64,000 nt of DNA from Somniosus microcephalus (taxonomy: Eukaryota), in assembly GCA_052327205.1 (NCBI GenBank), contig CM126211.1:115382001-115446000 (forward strand). Direction: 5' to 3'. Shown one piece after another: positions 36,432-45,702 of this stretch; the first letter of the stretch is position 1; each line of letters begins with the position of its first letter. A model generated the notes under the pieces. It made no database searches. It saw only the letters and a list, made by a program, of their open reading frames with translations, and was not told where the DNA came from. The translations under genes and the position numbers were made by a program.

Positions 36432-39400
36432 ATAGAGTTATACAGCACAGAAAGAGGCCCTTCGGCCCATCGCGTCTGCGCCGGCCATCAAGCCTTGTCT
36501 AATCTAATCCCATTTTCCAGCATTTGGTCCGTAGCCTTGTATGGTATGGCGTTTCAAGTGCTCATCCAAATGATTCTTGAATGTTGTGAGGGTTCCTGCC
36601 TCTACCACCCTTTCAGGCAGTGAGTTCCAGATTCCAACCACCCTCTGGGTGAAAAAGTTCTTCCTCAAATCCCCTCTAAACCCCCTGCCCCTTACCTTGA
36701 AACTATGCCCCCTGGTTATTGACCCCTCTACTAAGGGGAAACGTTCCTTTCTATCTACCCTATCTATGCCTCTCATAATTTTGTACACCTCAATCAGGTC
36801 CCCCCTCAGCCTTCTCTGCTCCAAGGAAAACAACCCCAGCCTGTCCAGTCTTTCTTCATAGCGGAAGTGCTCCAGCCCAGGTAACATCCTGGTGAATCTC
36901 CTCTGCACCCTCTCCAAAGCAATCACATCCTTCCTATAGTGTGGCGACCAGAACGGCACACAGTACTCCAGCTGTGGCCTAACCAGCGTTTTGTACAGCT
37001 CCATCATAACCTCCCTGCTCTTATATTCTATGCCTCGGCTAATGAAGGCAAGTATCCCATATGCCTTTTTAACCACCTTATCCACCTGTTCTGCTGCCTT
37101 CGGGGATCTATGTACATGCACACCAAGGACCCTCTGATCCTCTGTCTTTCCTAGGATCTTACCATTCATTGTGTATTCCCTTGCCTTGTTAGTCCCTCCA
37201 AAATGCATCACCTCACACTTTTCAGGGTTAAATTCCATTTGCCACTGTTCTGCCCATCTGACCAACCCATCTATATCGTCCTGCAGACTGAGGCTACCCT
37301 CCTCGCTATTTACCACTCCACCATTTTTTGTGTCATCTGCGAACTTACTGATCATACCTTTTACATTCACATCCAAGTCATTAATGTAGACCACAAACAG
37401 CAAGGGACCCAGCACCGATCCCTGCGGTACCCCACTGGACACAGGCTTCCAGTCACAAAAACAACCTTCGACCATCAACCTCTGCTTTCTGCCACTAAGC
37501 CAGTTTTGGATCCAATGTGCCAAGGCACCCTGGATCCCATGGCCTCTTACCTTCTTGACCAGTCTCCTATGCGGGACTTTATCGAAAGCCTTACTGAAAT
37601 CCATGTATACCACATCCACTGCACTACCCTCATCCACACACCTAGTCACCCCCTCGAAAAATTCAATCAAATTGGTCAGACATGGTCTTCCCTTGACAAA
37701 GCCATGCTGATTACCCCTGATTAATCCTTGCCTCTCGAAGTGGAGACTAATTCTGTCCCTCAGAATTTTTTCCAATAATTTCCCTACCACTGATGTTAGG
37801 CTCACTGGCCTGTAATTCCCTGGTTTATCCCTACTACCCTTCTTGAATAATGGTACTACGTTAGCTGTTCTCCAGTCCTCTGGCACCTCCCCTGTGGCCA
37901 GAGAGGTTCTGAAAATTTGTGTCAGAGCCCCTGCAATCTCCTCCTTTGCCTCACACAGCCGCCTGTGATACATCTCGTCCGGGCCTGGGGATTTATCCAC
38001 TTTTAAGCCTGCTAAAACTGCTAGTACCTCCTCCCTCTCGATGCTAATATGTTCAAGTATATCACAGTCCCCCTGCCCAATTTCTTTGTCTACATCGTCC
38101 TTCTCCATAGTGAACACAGATGCAAAAAATTCATTTAAAACCCCACCTACATCTTCTGGCTCCACACACAGATTGCCACTTTGGTCCCTAATGGGCCCTA
38201 CTCTTTCCCTAGTTATCCTCTTACCCTTAATATGCTTATAATAAAACACCTTAGGATTTTCCTTTATTTTGCTCACCAGTGTTATTTCATGGCCCCTCCT
38301 CGCACTCCTAATTTCTTTTTTAAGTATCCCCCTGCACTTTTTATACTCCTCTAGGGCTTCCTCTGTCTTTAGTCCTTTGTATCTGCCAAAAGCCCCCCTT
38401 TTTTCCCTAACCCATCCTCGTATATCCCTTGACATCCAAGGTTCCCTGGGCTTGTTGGTCCCACCCTTGACCTTTACGGGAACATGTTGCCATGGTACTC
38501 TCTCAATTTCCTTTCTGAAAGACTCCCATTGCTCCGATGTGGATTTTCCTACAAGTAGCTGATCCCAGTCCACTTTGGCCAGATCCTGCCTTATCATATT
38601 AAAGTCGGCCTTCCCCCAATTTAGAACCTTTATTTCCGGTCCATCTCTGTCCTTTCCCATGACTACCTTAAATCTCACCGAATTATGGTCACTGTCACCA
38701 AAGTGCTCACCTACTAACACTTCTACCACTTGCCCGGCCACATTCCCTAGAATTAGGTCCAGTACCGCCCCCTCTCTTGTAGGACTTTCTACATGCTGGC
38801 TCAAAAAGCTCTCCTGGATGCACTTTAAGAATTCTGCACCCTCTAAGCCTTTCACACTCTGACTAGCCCAGTTAATATTGGGGAAGTTGAAATCCCCCAC
38901 TATTATTACCCTATTATTTGCACATTTCTCTGAGATTTGCCTACATATCTGTTCCTCTATCTCCCCCTGACTGTTTGGGGGCCTATAGTACACTCCCAGC
39001 AAAGTGCTTGCCCCCTTTTTGTTTTTAAGTTCTACCCATATGGCCTCATTAGAGGAACCTGTTAATATATCATCCCTCCTTACAGCAGTAATTGACTCCT
39101 TAATTAATATTGCGACACCCCCTCCTCTTTTACCCCCCCCTCTGTCTCGCCTGAAGATTCTATACCCCGGAATATTGAGCTGCCAGTCTTGCCCCTCCCT
39201 CAACCATGTCTCCGTGATAGCAACAATATCATACTCCCATGTGTTCATCAACACCTTCAGTTCATCCACCTTATTCGCAAGACTCCTTGCATTAAAATAA
39301 ATGCCATCCAGCCTTGCCCTACTCCCTTGTGCCGTTACATATTTGCTCTGCCTTCCAAGCTGACTTGTTTTTTCCTCTATATTTGGTTGTACATCACCCC

Positions 39401-39452
39401 CTATTATAGCTCCACTCTGCATCCCATCCCCCTGCCATGTTAGTTGAAACTG
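36432..39452 (-). mobile_element. 5'-truncated CR1 LINE; its (ATAGAGTC)n tail extends, interrupted, to ~32948
   Basis: Full ORF2, short 3' UTR and 8-bp tail repeat; truncated just upstream of ORF2. Confidence 0.95.
36504..39422 (-). CDS. CR1 ORF2 (APE endonuclease-reverse transcriptase), open 972 aa
   Basis: Endonuclease motifs NARSL, ITETW, YRPP, GDFN and SDH; RT motifs GVPQGSVLGP and FADD; WNSLP C-terminus. Confidence 0.93.
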   Translation of the reverse strand: MQSGAIIGGDVQPNIEEKTSQLGRQSKYVTAQGSRARLDGIYFNARSLANKVDELKVLMNTWEYDIVAITETWLREGQDWQLNIPGYRIFRRDRGGGKRGGGVAILIKESITAVRRDDILTGSSNEAIWVELKNKKGASTLLGVYYRPPNSQGEIEEQICRQISEKCANNRVIIVGDFNFPNINWASQSVKGLEGAEFLKCIQESFLSQHVESPTREGAVLDLILGNVAGQVVEVLVGEHFGDSDHNSVRFKVVMGKDRDGPEIKVLNWGKADFNMIRQDLAKVDWDQLLVGKSTSEQWESFRKEIERVPWQHVPVKVKGGTNKPREPWMSRDIRGWVREKRGAFGRYKGLKTEEALEEYKKCRGILKKEIRSARRGHEITLVSKIKENPKVFYYKHIKGKRITRERVGPIRDQSGNLCVEPEDVGGVLNEFFASVFTMEKDDVDKEIGQGDCDILEHISIEREEVLAVLAGLKVDKSPGPDEMYHRRLCEAKEEIAGALTQIFRTSLATGEVPEDWRTANVVPLFKKGSRDKPGNYRPVSLTSVVGKLLEKILRDRISLHFERQGLIRGNQHGFVKGRPCLTNLIEFFEGVTRCVDEGSAVDVVYMDFSKAFDKVPHRRLVKKVRGHGIQGALAHWIQNWLSGRKQRLMVEGCFCDWKPVSSGVPQGSVLGPLLFVVYINDLDVNVKGMISKFADDTKNGGVVNSEEGSLSLQDDIDGLVRWAEQWQMEFNPEKCEVMHFGGTNKAREYTMNGKILGKTEDQRVLGVHVHRSPKAAEQVDKVVKKAYGILAFISRGIEYKSREVMMELYKTLVRPQLEYCVPFWSPHYRKDVIALERVQRRFTRMLPGLEHFRYEERLDRLGLFSLEQRRLRGDLIEVYKIMRGIDRVDRKERFPLVEGSITRGHSFKVRGRGFRGDLRKNFFTQRVVGIWNSLPERVVEAGTLTTFKNHLDEHLKRHTIQGYGPNAGKWD

Positions 39453-41348
39453 AATTCCCTGTTAAAGCTGAATTCCTTTCCGCACCCAGGAAAATGGGAA
39501 AAGTGCTTCAGCACTAACACAAAAGGCTCAGCAAGTCAGGAAAGGGGCACCCAGGGTCTTGCACACAGCACTCCAGCTTTGTGCAGGGGGTCAACACTGC
39601 AAGAGAGGTCCTCTACCCACAGGGGCCAGCAGGCCCTCCAGAAAGAACGATGTGGGACCAAATCACCGAGGCTGTCACTGCCAGCAGTGTCAGTACTGAA
39701 CTCAGCGCTAAGGTCAAAGTTCGCAGAGCGTGACTTTAAGGCGGCATGGCACACTGACTGACGTCAGTCTCTGCCTATTTGCATCTCCAGGGTCAGCGCT
39801 GCTATTGGCAACGCTAAGGCCCTCACCAAAATGGCGGCCATCGAGTCCCGCGCCAGAGAAGGGCTTTAGAATGTCGGCCGCCATTTATCGCCAGGTTAGC
39901 AGCGCAAACAGGTGGCGCTAAAGTTGGGAATTTCTAGGCCTATATAGGATATCATGGATTGAGTGGTATGGCTTACATTTTTAATTTCTATAAGTGGGTT
40001 GCCATAATAGCTTACAAATGACAGCTATAGGTGAACATTGATCAGCTCCTCAAATAGAAATAAGCATCATATGCTGTACCACTGCACGTGTTGTTATTCC
40101 TTTTCTTTCTACATATATGTGTAATTGGGTGTTCTTTAGTCTGTTGGAAATTACTGAAAAAACATTATTTGTTTGTCAGTGAATTTGTGCAACCTCTGAG
40201 AAAAGAAAGGTGTATTACTGTGAAGTACCCAGAAAAAAAAGCATACAGGGTGGAGGGACTAATTATGGAATGAGACATGAACAATAGAGTAACAGTGGAG
40301 GAATTGTCCAATGGAAGTACAGCTTCTAATGTCAAGGGCATAGATGAGAAGAGAAAAAAGTAGTGTGAAAAGCATTATAAATAACTGATGTTAGATTGGA
40401 GAAATTGCCTCAAAGAATGAAGCTTGTTTACAAACTTTATTTTGATTTTTTTATGGTGCTAGATTAAGGCAATGGAGCCAAAGTAAGAAGAAAAATCATT
40501 TGGTTTTTTTCTTGGTGGATCAGGACATGTTTGAAGGGTAAAGGTCTTTTATATTTTGTACTTTTCATACATGTATTTGTAGAAGATTTTTTTGGTCCCT
40601 CGATATTCTATTCAAATTGGAAAGATAGACACAGCAAAAGCCAAGTACCATCAGTGACAATTGCATTTTCCTGACAAGGTGATTGAACAGTTGGGCCTAG
40701 AAATTCAGTTCTTAGCGCCAGCCGCTAGCGCCTTAGGAGGAGGAGAAGTGGGGCGCTAAGTGGCTAGCGCCCGGGCGCGGCGCGATCTGCGCCTCTCGCG
40801 AACTTCACTCAAGAGTTAGCAGCGGCACAAAACCGCAGCGCCCGCTCAGCTGCGCGCGCAGATCCTGACGTCATTTCATGGTGCAACGCCCTTGGTGCGC
40901 CCCGAACCGGAACTTCAGTGGCGCCGCCCTTCTGTGCGCCTGGCACCCCCAGCGACTGGTAGAGGGGAACGGTTCCCAGTCGCTACGGGGTGCGGGGGAC
41001 GCTATTTAAAGGGGACTCCTCTTGCATTATAAGTGGCAGCCGTTTTGTGCCAATCCTGTGTGAGAGATGGATACTTGGAGAGAGACAAAGGGAGAGAGAG
41101 CGCTTTCTGCTTTGACTCAGCACTCGCACAGGCACTTCTGGCTTCAGGCCAGAGCTTTGCACTTGGATTTAACTTTTAGTGCCATAGCCTTGAGTCACCA
41201 CATGTAATGGGGGCTGCAATGGGTGGAAACGTTGGCTTACTGCATTGCATTCAAAGGGCTCAGAGACGCCGTGAGAGAGTGCCAGTCATGGCCAGACGGA
41301 GAAGGGCCAATAGGTGTCGGCACAGGAGACCTTACCCACCCAGGGTAT

Positions 41349-41578
41349 TGTGGTAAACCACTGTATTGTATATTGCCACCTCTGGGTGGCGCTGTGTATG
41401 GAGGCATGCCTCAGCTGACTCCACCCACCACTGTGTGGGTTTCGTTCAGACTTGTTCAGTCACTCACGAAGAAGCATGGTCTCTTCTTAGCTAATAAAAG
41501 CCTTATTCATCTCTTCTTTCGACTCGTCATCTCTTCTTCGACTCATCACCTTTTATGAAGTAATTGATAAGCGTATCA
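41349..41578 (+). repeat. Gypsy-1 5' LTR
   Basis: Identical by eye to 45473-45702; contains AATAAA. Confidence 0.95.
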
Positions 41579-41599
41579 ATTTTATTAGCTAAAAGTTAA

Positions 41600-44500
41600 A
41601 TGGCGACACCTGAGGAGCAACAACAGCAACGGATACAGCAGACATTGCTGAGAGCCCTCAGACCACCACGCCTGGACCTCGACCCTCAAGAGGTGGGTGC
41701 ATCAGCCAAGTTTGAACACTGGCTGAGCTGCTTTGAATCCTTCCTCGCAATCTCACAGGTTACAGAGGAGGATCACAAACTGAAAATTTTGACCGCCCAG
41801 GTGAGCCATCAAGTATATATGCTAATCCGGGACTCTAATACGTACGTGGCGGCCCTCGAGCTACTAAAAGGGCAATATACGCGCCCAGTGAACACAATTT
41901 ACGCCCGACACCTCTTGGGATCCCGCAGGCAGCAACCGGGAGAATCGGTAGGGGCATTTGCACGGGCGCTACTGGCACTCTGCAGAGACTGCGATTGTAA
42001 AGCGGTAACGGCTGTGGAGCACGCGCAGGGACTCGCCTGTGATGCCTTCGTCAGGGGCCTCCAGTCAGACCACACCCGGCAGAGACTGCTAGAAAGCAAG
42101 GAACCCGACCTGAAGACGGCCATTGCCCTTGCGCTCTCGTTAGAGGAGGCCCACCGAAACCTCGAGGCATACCCCCGTAACGGCGCCGAGACATGGCAAT
42201 CGAAACCGTGGGACACGGGACCGCCGCCCCCGGCACCAACCGCTGCAGCGACCCAACCGAGACAGCAGCCTCCGGTAAGAACTGCTTCGATGCCCAGTAA
42301 CCAGGCCCAAAAATGCTATTTCTGTGGCCAGTTAAAACATCCCAGAGCGCACTGCCCAGCTAAGACAGCTACCTGCTCGGGCTGCGGGAAGAAAGGCCAT
42401 TACGCTAACGCCTGCAAGGGGAAGCCAGCCAGCAGCGCAGCGTGCGGGCCGTGGGAGCAGCCATCTTATCCGCCATTTTGTGTACCCCCGGCCGCATGGC
42501 ATCCGCCGCCATCGTATCCAACGCACTCAACCGCCATTTCGTCACCGGAACCGACCACCGTCTCGGCGGATGACTATAGTGACTCACTAAGCCACATACT
42601 GGCCTCCGTGACGCTGGATCAAGCCCTCCCTCACCATCTATCCAGCTCCATGATGGATATCGCGGTAAACGGCCGCGCCACCAGTTGCCTGATCGACAGC
42701 GGGAGCACAGAGAGTTTCGTCCACCCCGACACGGTACGTAGCCACTCCCTCACGATTCTGCCAACGCACCATCGCATTTCTATGGCGTCCAAGTCCCAGT
42801 CAATGGACATCAGCGGCTACTGTGTGGTGACCCTGTCAGTAGGGGGCACTGAATATAAAAAATTTAAACTGCTAGTCCTGCCCCGTCTTTGCGCTGCCGT
42901 CCTGCTAGGGTTGGATTTTCAGTGCCACCTTAAGAGTGTCACACTAGCATACGGTGGACCCCTCCCCCCACTCACAGTCTGCAACCAACAACTTTTAAAT
43001 CGCCCGCTGCAAACCACCTGCAGCCTTTCCACATTAAAAGTCCCCCCCCCTCCCCTGTTCGCTAACCTCACCCGCGACTGTAAACCCATCGCTACCAAAA
43101 GCAGGCGGTACAGTGCCGGGGACAGAGCTTTTATCAGCTCTGAGGTGGAGCGGCTATTGAAGGAGGGCATTATCGAAGGTAGCACTAGCCCCTGGCGAGC
43201 CCAGGTTGTAGTCGTTAAAACCACTGCAAAACGCCGCATGGTAATCGACTACAGCCAAACCATAAACCGGTACACCCAGCTGGACGCGTACCCCCTCCCT
43301 CGCATATCTGATATGGTCAATCAGATTGCGCAATACAAAGTATTCTCCACCATCGACCTTAAGTCAGCGTACCACCAGCTGCCCATCCGCCATGAGGACC
43401 GCCAGTATACTGCCTTCGAGGCAAACGGCCGCCTCTACCACTTCCTTAGGGTCCCCTTCGGCGTCACCAACGGGGTTTCGGTCTTCCAAAGGGAGATGGA
43501 CCGAATGGTTGACCAGAACGCGCTGCGGGCAACCTTCCCCTATTTGGATAACGTCACCATCTGCGGCCACGACCAGCAGGACCACGACGTTAATCTAGCA
43601 AATTTCCTCTGTACGGCCCAACGGCTGAACCTAACGTACAATAAGGAAAAATGTATGTTTCACACCAAGCGCCTGGCCATCCTCGGCTGCGTGGTGGAGA
43701 ACGGAGTCATCGGGCCCGACCCCGACAGAATGCGCCCCCTAATGGAGCTACCCCTTCCCCACTGCCAAAAAGCACTGAAGAGATGCCTGGGGTTTTTCTC
43801 CTACTACGCCCAGTGGGTGCCCCTCTATGCAGACAAAGCCAGGCCCCTCATCAAAGCCACCTCCTTCCCCCTGACACCAGAGGCGTGTGCAGCCTTCACT
43901 CTTATCAAGAACGATATCGCGAAGGCCGCAATGCACGCGGTGGATGAGTCCATCCCCTTCCAAGTGGAGAGCGATGCCTCCGACTTCGCCCTAGCCGCGA
44001 CCCTTAACCAGGCGGGCAGACCCGTGGCCTTTTTCTCAAGGACCCTCCAGGGCCCCGAGACGAGACACTCCTCCGTCGAAAAGGAGGCCCAGGCTATTGT
44101 AGAAGCGATGCGTCACTGGAGGCATTACCTGGCCGGGAAACGATTTACCCTGCTCACTGACCAGCATTCAGTAGCTTTTATGTTTAATAATAAGCAGAGG
44201 GGTAAAATCAAGAACGACAAGATCTTGAGGTGGAGAATCGAACTCTCCACCTACAATTATGATATCTTGTATCGGCCAGGGAAACTCAATGAGCCCCCAG
44301 ATGCCCTATCACGTGGTACATGCGCCAACGCGCAGAGTGATAGGCTGCAGTCCCTCCACAATGACCTCTGCCACCCGGGGGTCACCAGGTTTTTCCATTT
44401 TATCAAATCCCGTAACCTGCCCTACTCCATCGAGGAGGTCAGGACCATGACCAAGAGCTGCCAAATCTGCGCCGAGTGCAAACCGCACTTCTATAGGCCG

Positions 44501-45430
44501 GACAGAGCAAGCCTGATCAAGGCCACCCGCCCCTTCGAACGCCTGAGCGTCGATTTTAAAGGGCCCCTCCCCTCCGCTGACCGCAATGTGTACTTCCTCA
44601 ACATAGTTGATGAGTACTCCCGTTTCCCCTTTGCCATCCCTTGCCCAGACATGACCAGTACCACGGTCATCAAGTGTCTGAATGACATCTTCGCTCTGTT
44701 CGGGTTCCCCAGCTATATACATAGCGACAGGGGCTCATCGTTCATGAGCGACGAACTTCGGCAGTACCTGCTAACAAGAGGTATCGCCACGAGCAGGACC
44801 ACCAGTTACAACCCCCGGGGGAACGGCCAGGTGGAAAGGGAGAACGCGACGGTTTGGAAGGCAGTCCTCTTAGCACTAAAATCTAAGGGCCTTCCGACCT
44901 CCCGCTGGCAGGAGGTCCTCCCTGCAGCGCTCCACTCCATTCGGTCACTGCTTTGTACTGCCACTAATGCGACCCCTCATGAGAAAATGTTCGTTTTCCC
45001 CCGGAAGTCTACATCGGGAACCTCGCTACCGGCATGGTTGACTTCTCCTGGGCCCGTCCTACTGCGGAGGCACGTGAGGACGCATAAAACGGACCCCCTG
45101 GTCGAGCGGGTGCACCTCCTACACGCCAACCCCCAGTATGCCTGGGTGACATACCCAGACGGGCGGGAGGACACGGTCTCCATACGAGATCTCACACCCT
45201 CGGGTACCCCTGAATTACCACCGTTATCCCCCTTACCACCGTTATCCCCCTTACCACTGTTATCCCCCACCACCCCTCCCAACCCAACCCCTGCAGACGG
45301 CATGCCAAAGCCCCAGGAATCTTCGCCAACCACCCAGACACCAGACCCGACGTCGGATGCTGCAACACCACCGCCGCCACCACGACGATCAGGACGTCAG
45401 ACAAGGCCTCCTGATAGACTTAACTTGTAG
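41600..45430 (+). CDS. Intact Gag-Pol polyprotein (1276 aa)
   Basis: Two CCHC knuckles, protease IDSGS, RT (IDLKSAYHQ, PFG, YLDN), RNase H ESDAS, integrase HHCC and D,D,E; domain order PR-RT-RH-IN. Confidence 0.96.
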   Translation: MATPEEQQQQRIQQTLLRALRPPRLDLDPQEVGASAKFEHWLSCFESFLAISQVTEEDHKLKILTAQVSHQVYMLIRDSNTYVAALELLKGQYTRPVNTIYARHLLGSRRQQPGESVGAFARALLALCRDCDCKAVTAVEHAQGLACDAFVRGLQSDHTRQRLLESKEPDLKTAIALALSLEEAHRNLEAYPRNGAETWQSKPWDTGPPPPAPTAAATQPRQQPPVRTASMPSNQAQKCYFCGQLKHPRAHCPAKTATCSGCGKKGHYANACKGKPASSAACGPWEQPSYPPFCVPPAAWHPPPSYPTHSTAISSPEPTTVSADDYSDSLSHILASVTLDQALPHHLSSSMMDIAVNGRATSCLIDSGSTESFVHPDTVRSHSLTILPTHHRISMASKSQSMDISGYCVVTLSVGGTEYKKFKLLVLPRLCAAVLLGLDFQCHLKSVTLAYGGPLPPLTVCNQQLLNRPLQTTCSLSTLKVPPPPLFANLTRDCKPIATKSRRYSAGDRAFISSEVERLLKEGIIEGSTSPWRAQVVVVKTTAKRRMVIDYSQTINRYTQLDAYPLPRISDMVNQIAQYKVFSTIDLKSAYHQLPIRHEDRQYTAFEANGRLYHFLRVPFGVTNGVSVFQREMDRMVDQNALRATFPYLDNVTICGHDQQDHDVNLANFLCTAQRLNLTYNKEKCMFHTKRLAILGCVVENGVIGPDPDRMRPLMELPLPHCQKALKRCLGFFSYYAQWVPLYADKARPLIKATSFPLTPEACAAFTLIKNDIAKAAMHAVDESIPFQVESDASDFALAATLNQAGRPVAFFSRTLQGPETRHSSVEKEAQAIVEAMRHWRHYLAGKRFTLLTDQHSVAFMFNNKQRGKIKNDKILRWRIELSTYNYDILYRPGKLNEPPDALSRGTCANAQSDRLQSLHNDLCHPGVTRFFHFIKSRNLPYSIEEVRTMTKSCQICAECKPHFYRPDRASLIKATRPFERLSVDFKGPLPSADRNVYFLNIVDEYSRFPFAIPCPDMTSTTVIKCLNDIFALFGFPSYIHSDRGSSFMSDELRQYLLTRGIATSRTTSYNPRGNGQVERENATVWKAVLLALKSKGLPTSRWQEVLPAALHSIRSLLCTATNATPHEKMFVFPRKSTSGTSLPAWLTSPGPVLLRRHVRTHKTDPLVERVHLLHANPQYAWVTYPDGREDTVSIRDLTPSGTPELPPLSPLPPLSPLPLLSPTTPPNPTPADGMPKPQESSPTTQTPDPTSDAATPPPPPRRSGRQTRPPDRLNL

Positions 45431-45472
45431 TACCCTTCACCCCGCCGGACTTCACATTAAACAAGGGGTGAA

Positions 45473-45702
45473 TGTGGTAAACCACTGTATTGTATATTGC
45501 CACCTCTGGGTGGCGCTGTGTATGGAGGCATGCCTCAGCTGACTCCACCCACCACTGTGTGGGTTTCGTTCAGACTTGTTCAGTCACTCACGAAGAAGCA
45601 TGGTCTCTTCTTAGCTAATAAAAGCCTTATTCATCTCTTCTTTCGACTCGTCATCTCTTCTTCGACTCATCACCTTTTATGAAGTAATTGATAAGCGTAT
45701 CA
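45473..45702 (+). repeat. Gypsy-1 3' LTR
   Basis: Follows the PPT and precedes the TSD GGTAT. Confidence 0.95.

Larger units (their letters stand above)
32550..39940 (+). mobile_element. Non-autonomous Harbinger derivative hosting the CR1 and a three-element train
   Basis: Ends gacctaaaaatt / aatttctaggcc; the two halves (32550-32952, ~39453-39940) join into the reverse complement of 27840-29046. No clean TSD. Confidence 0.7.
41349..45702 (+). mobile_element. Full-length Ty3/Gypsy LTR retrotransposon (Gypsy-1)
   Basis: 230-bp TG..CA LTRs, TSD GGTAT, PPT AAGGGGTGAA, single gag-pol ORF. Confidence 0.97.

Noticed and set aside
41598-41610. TGGCGAC near the gag start as a tRNA PBS
   Set aside because: It lies 22 nt from the LTR, overlaps the start codon, and has no counterpart in Gypsy-2.
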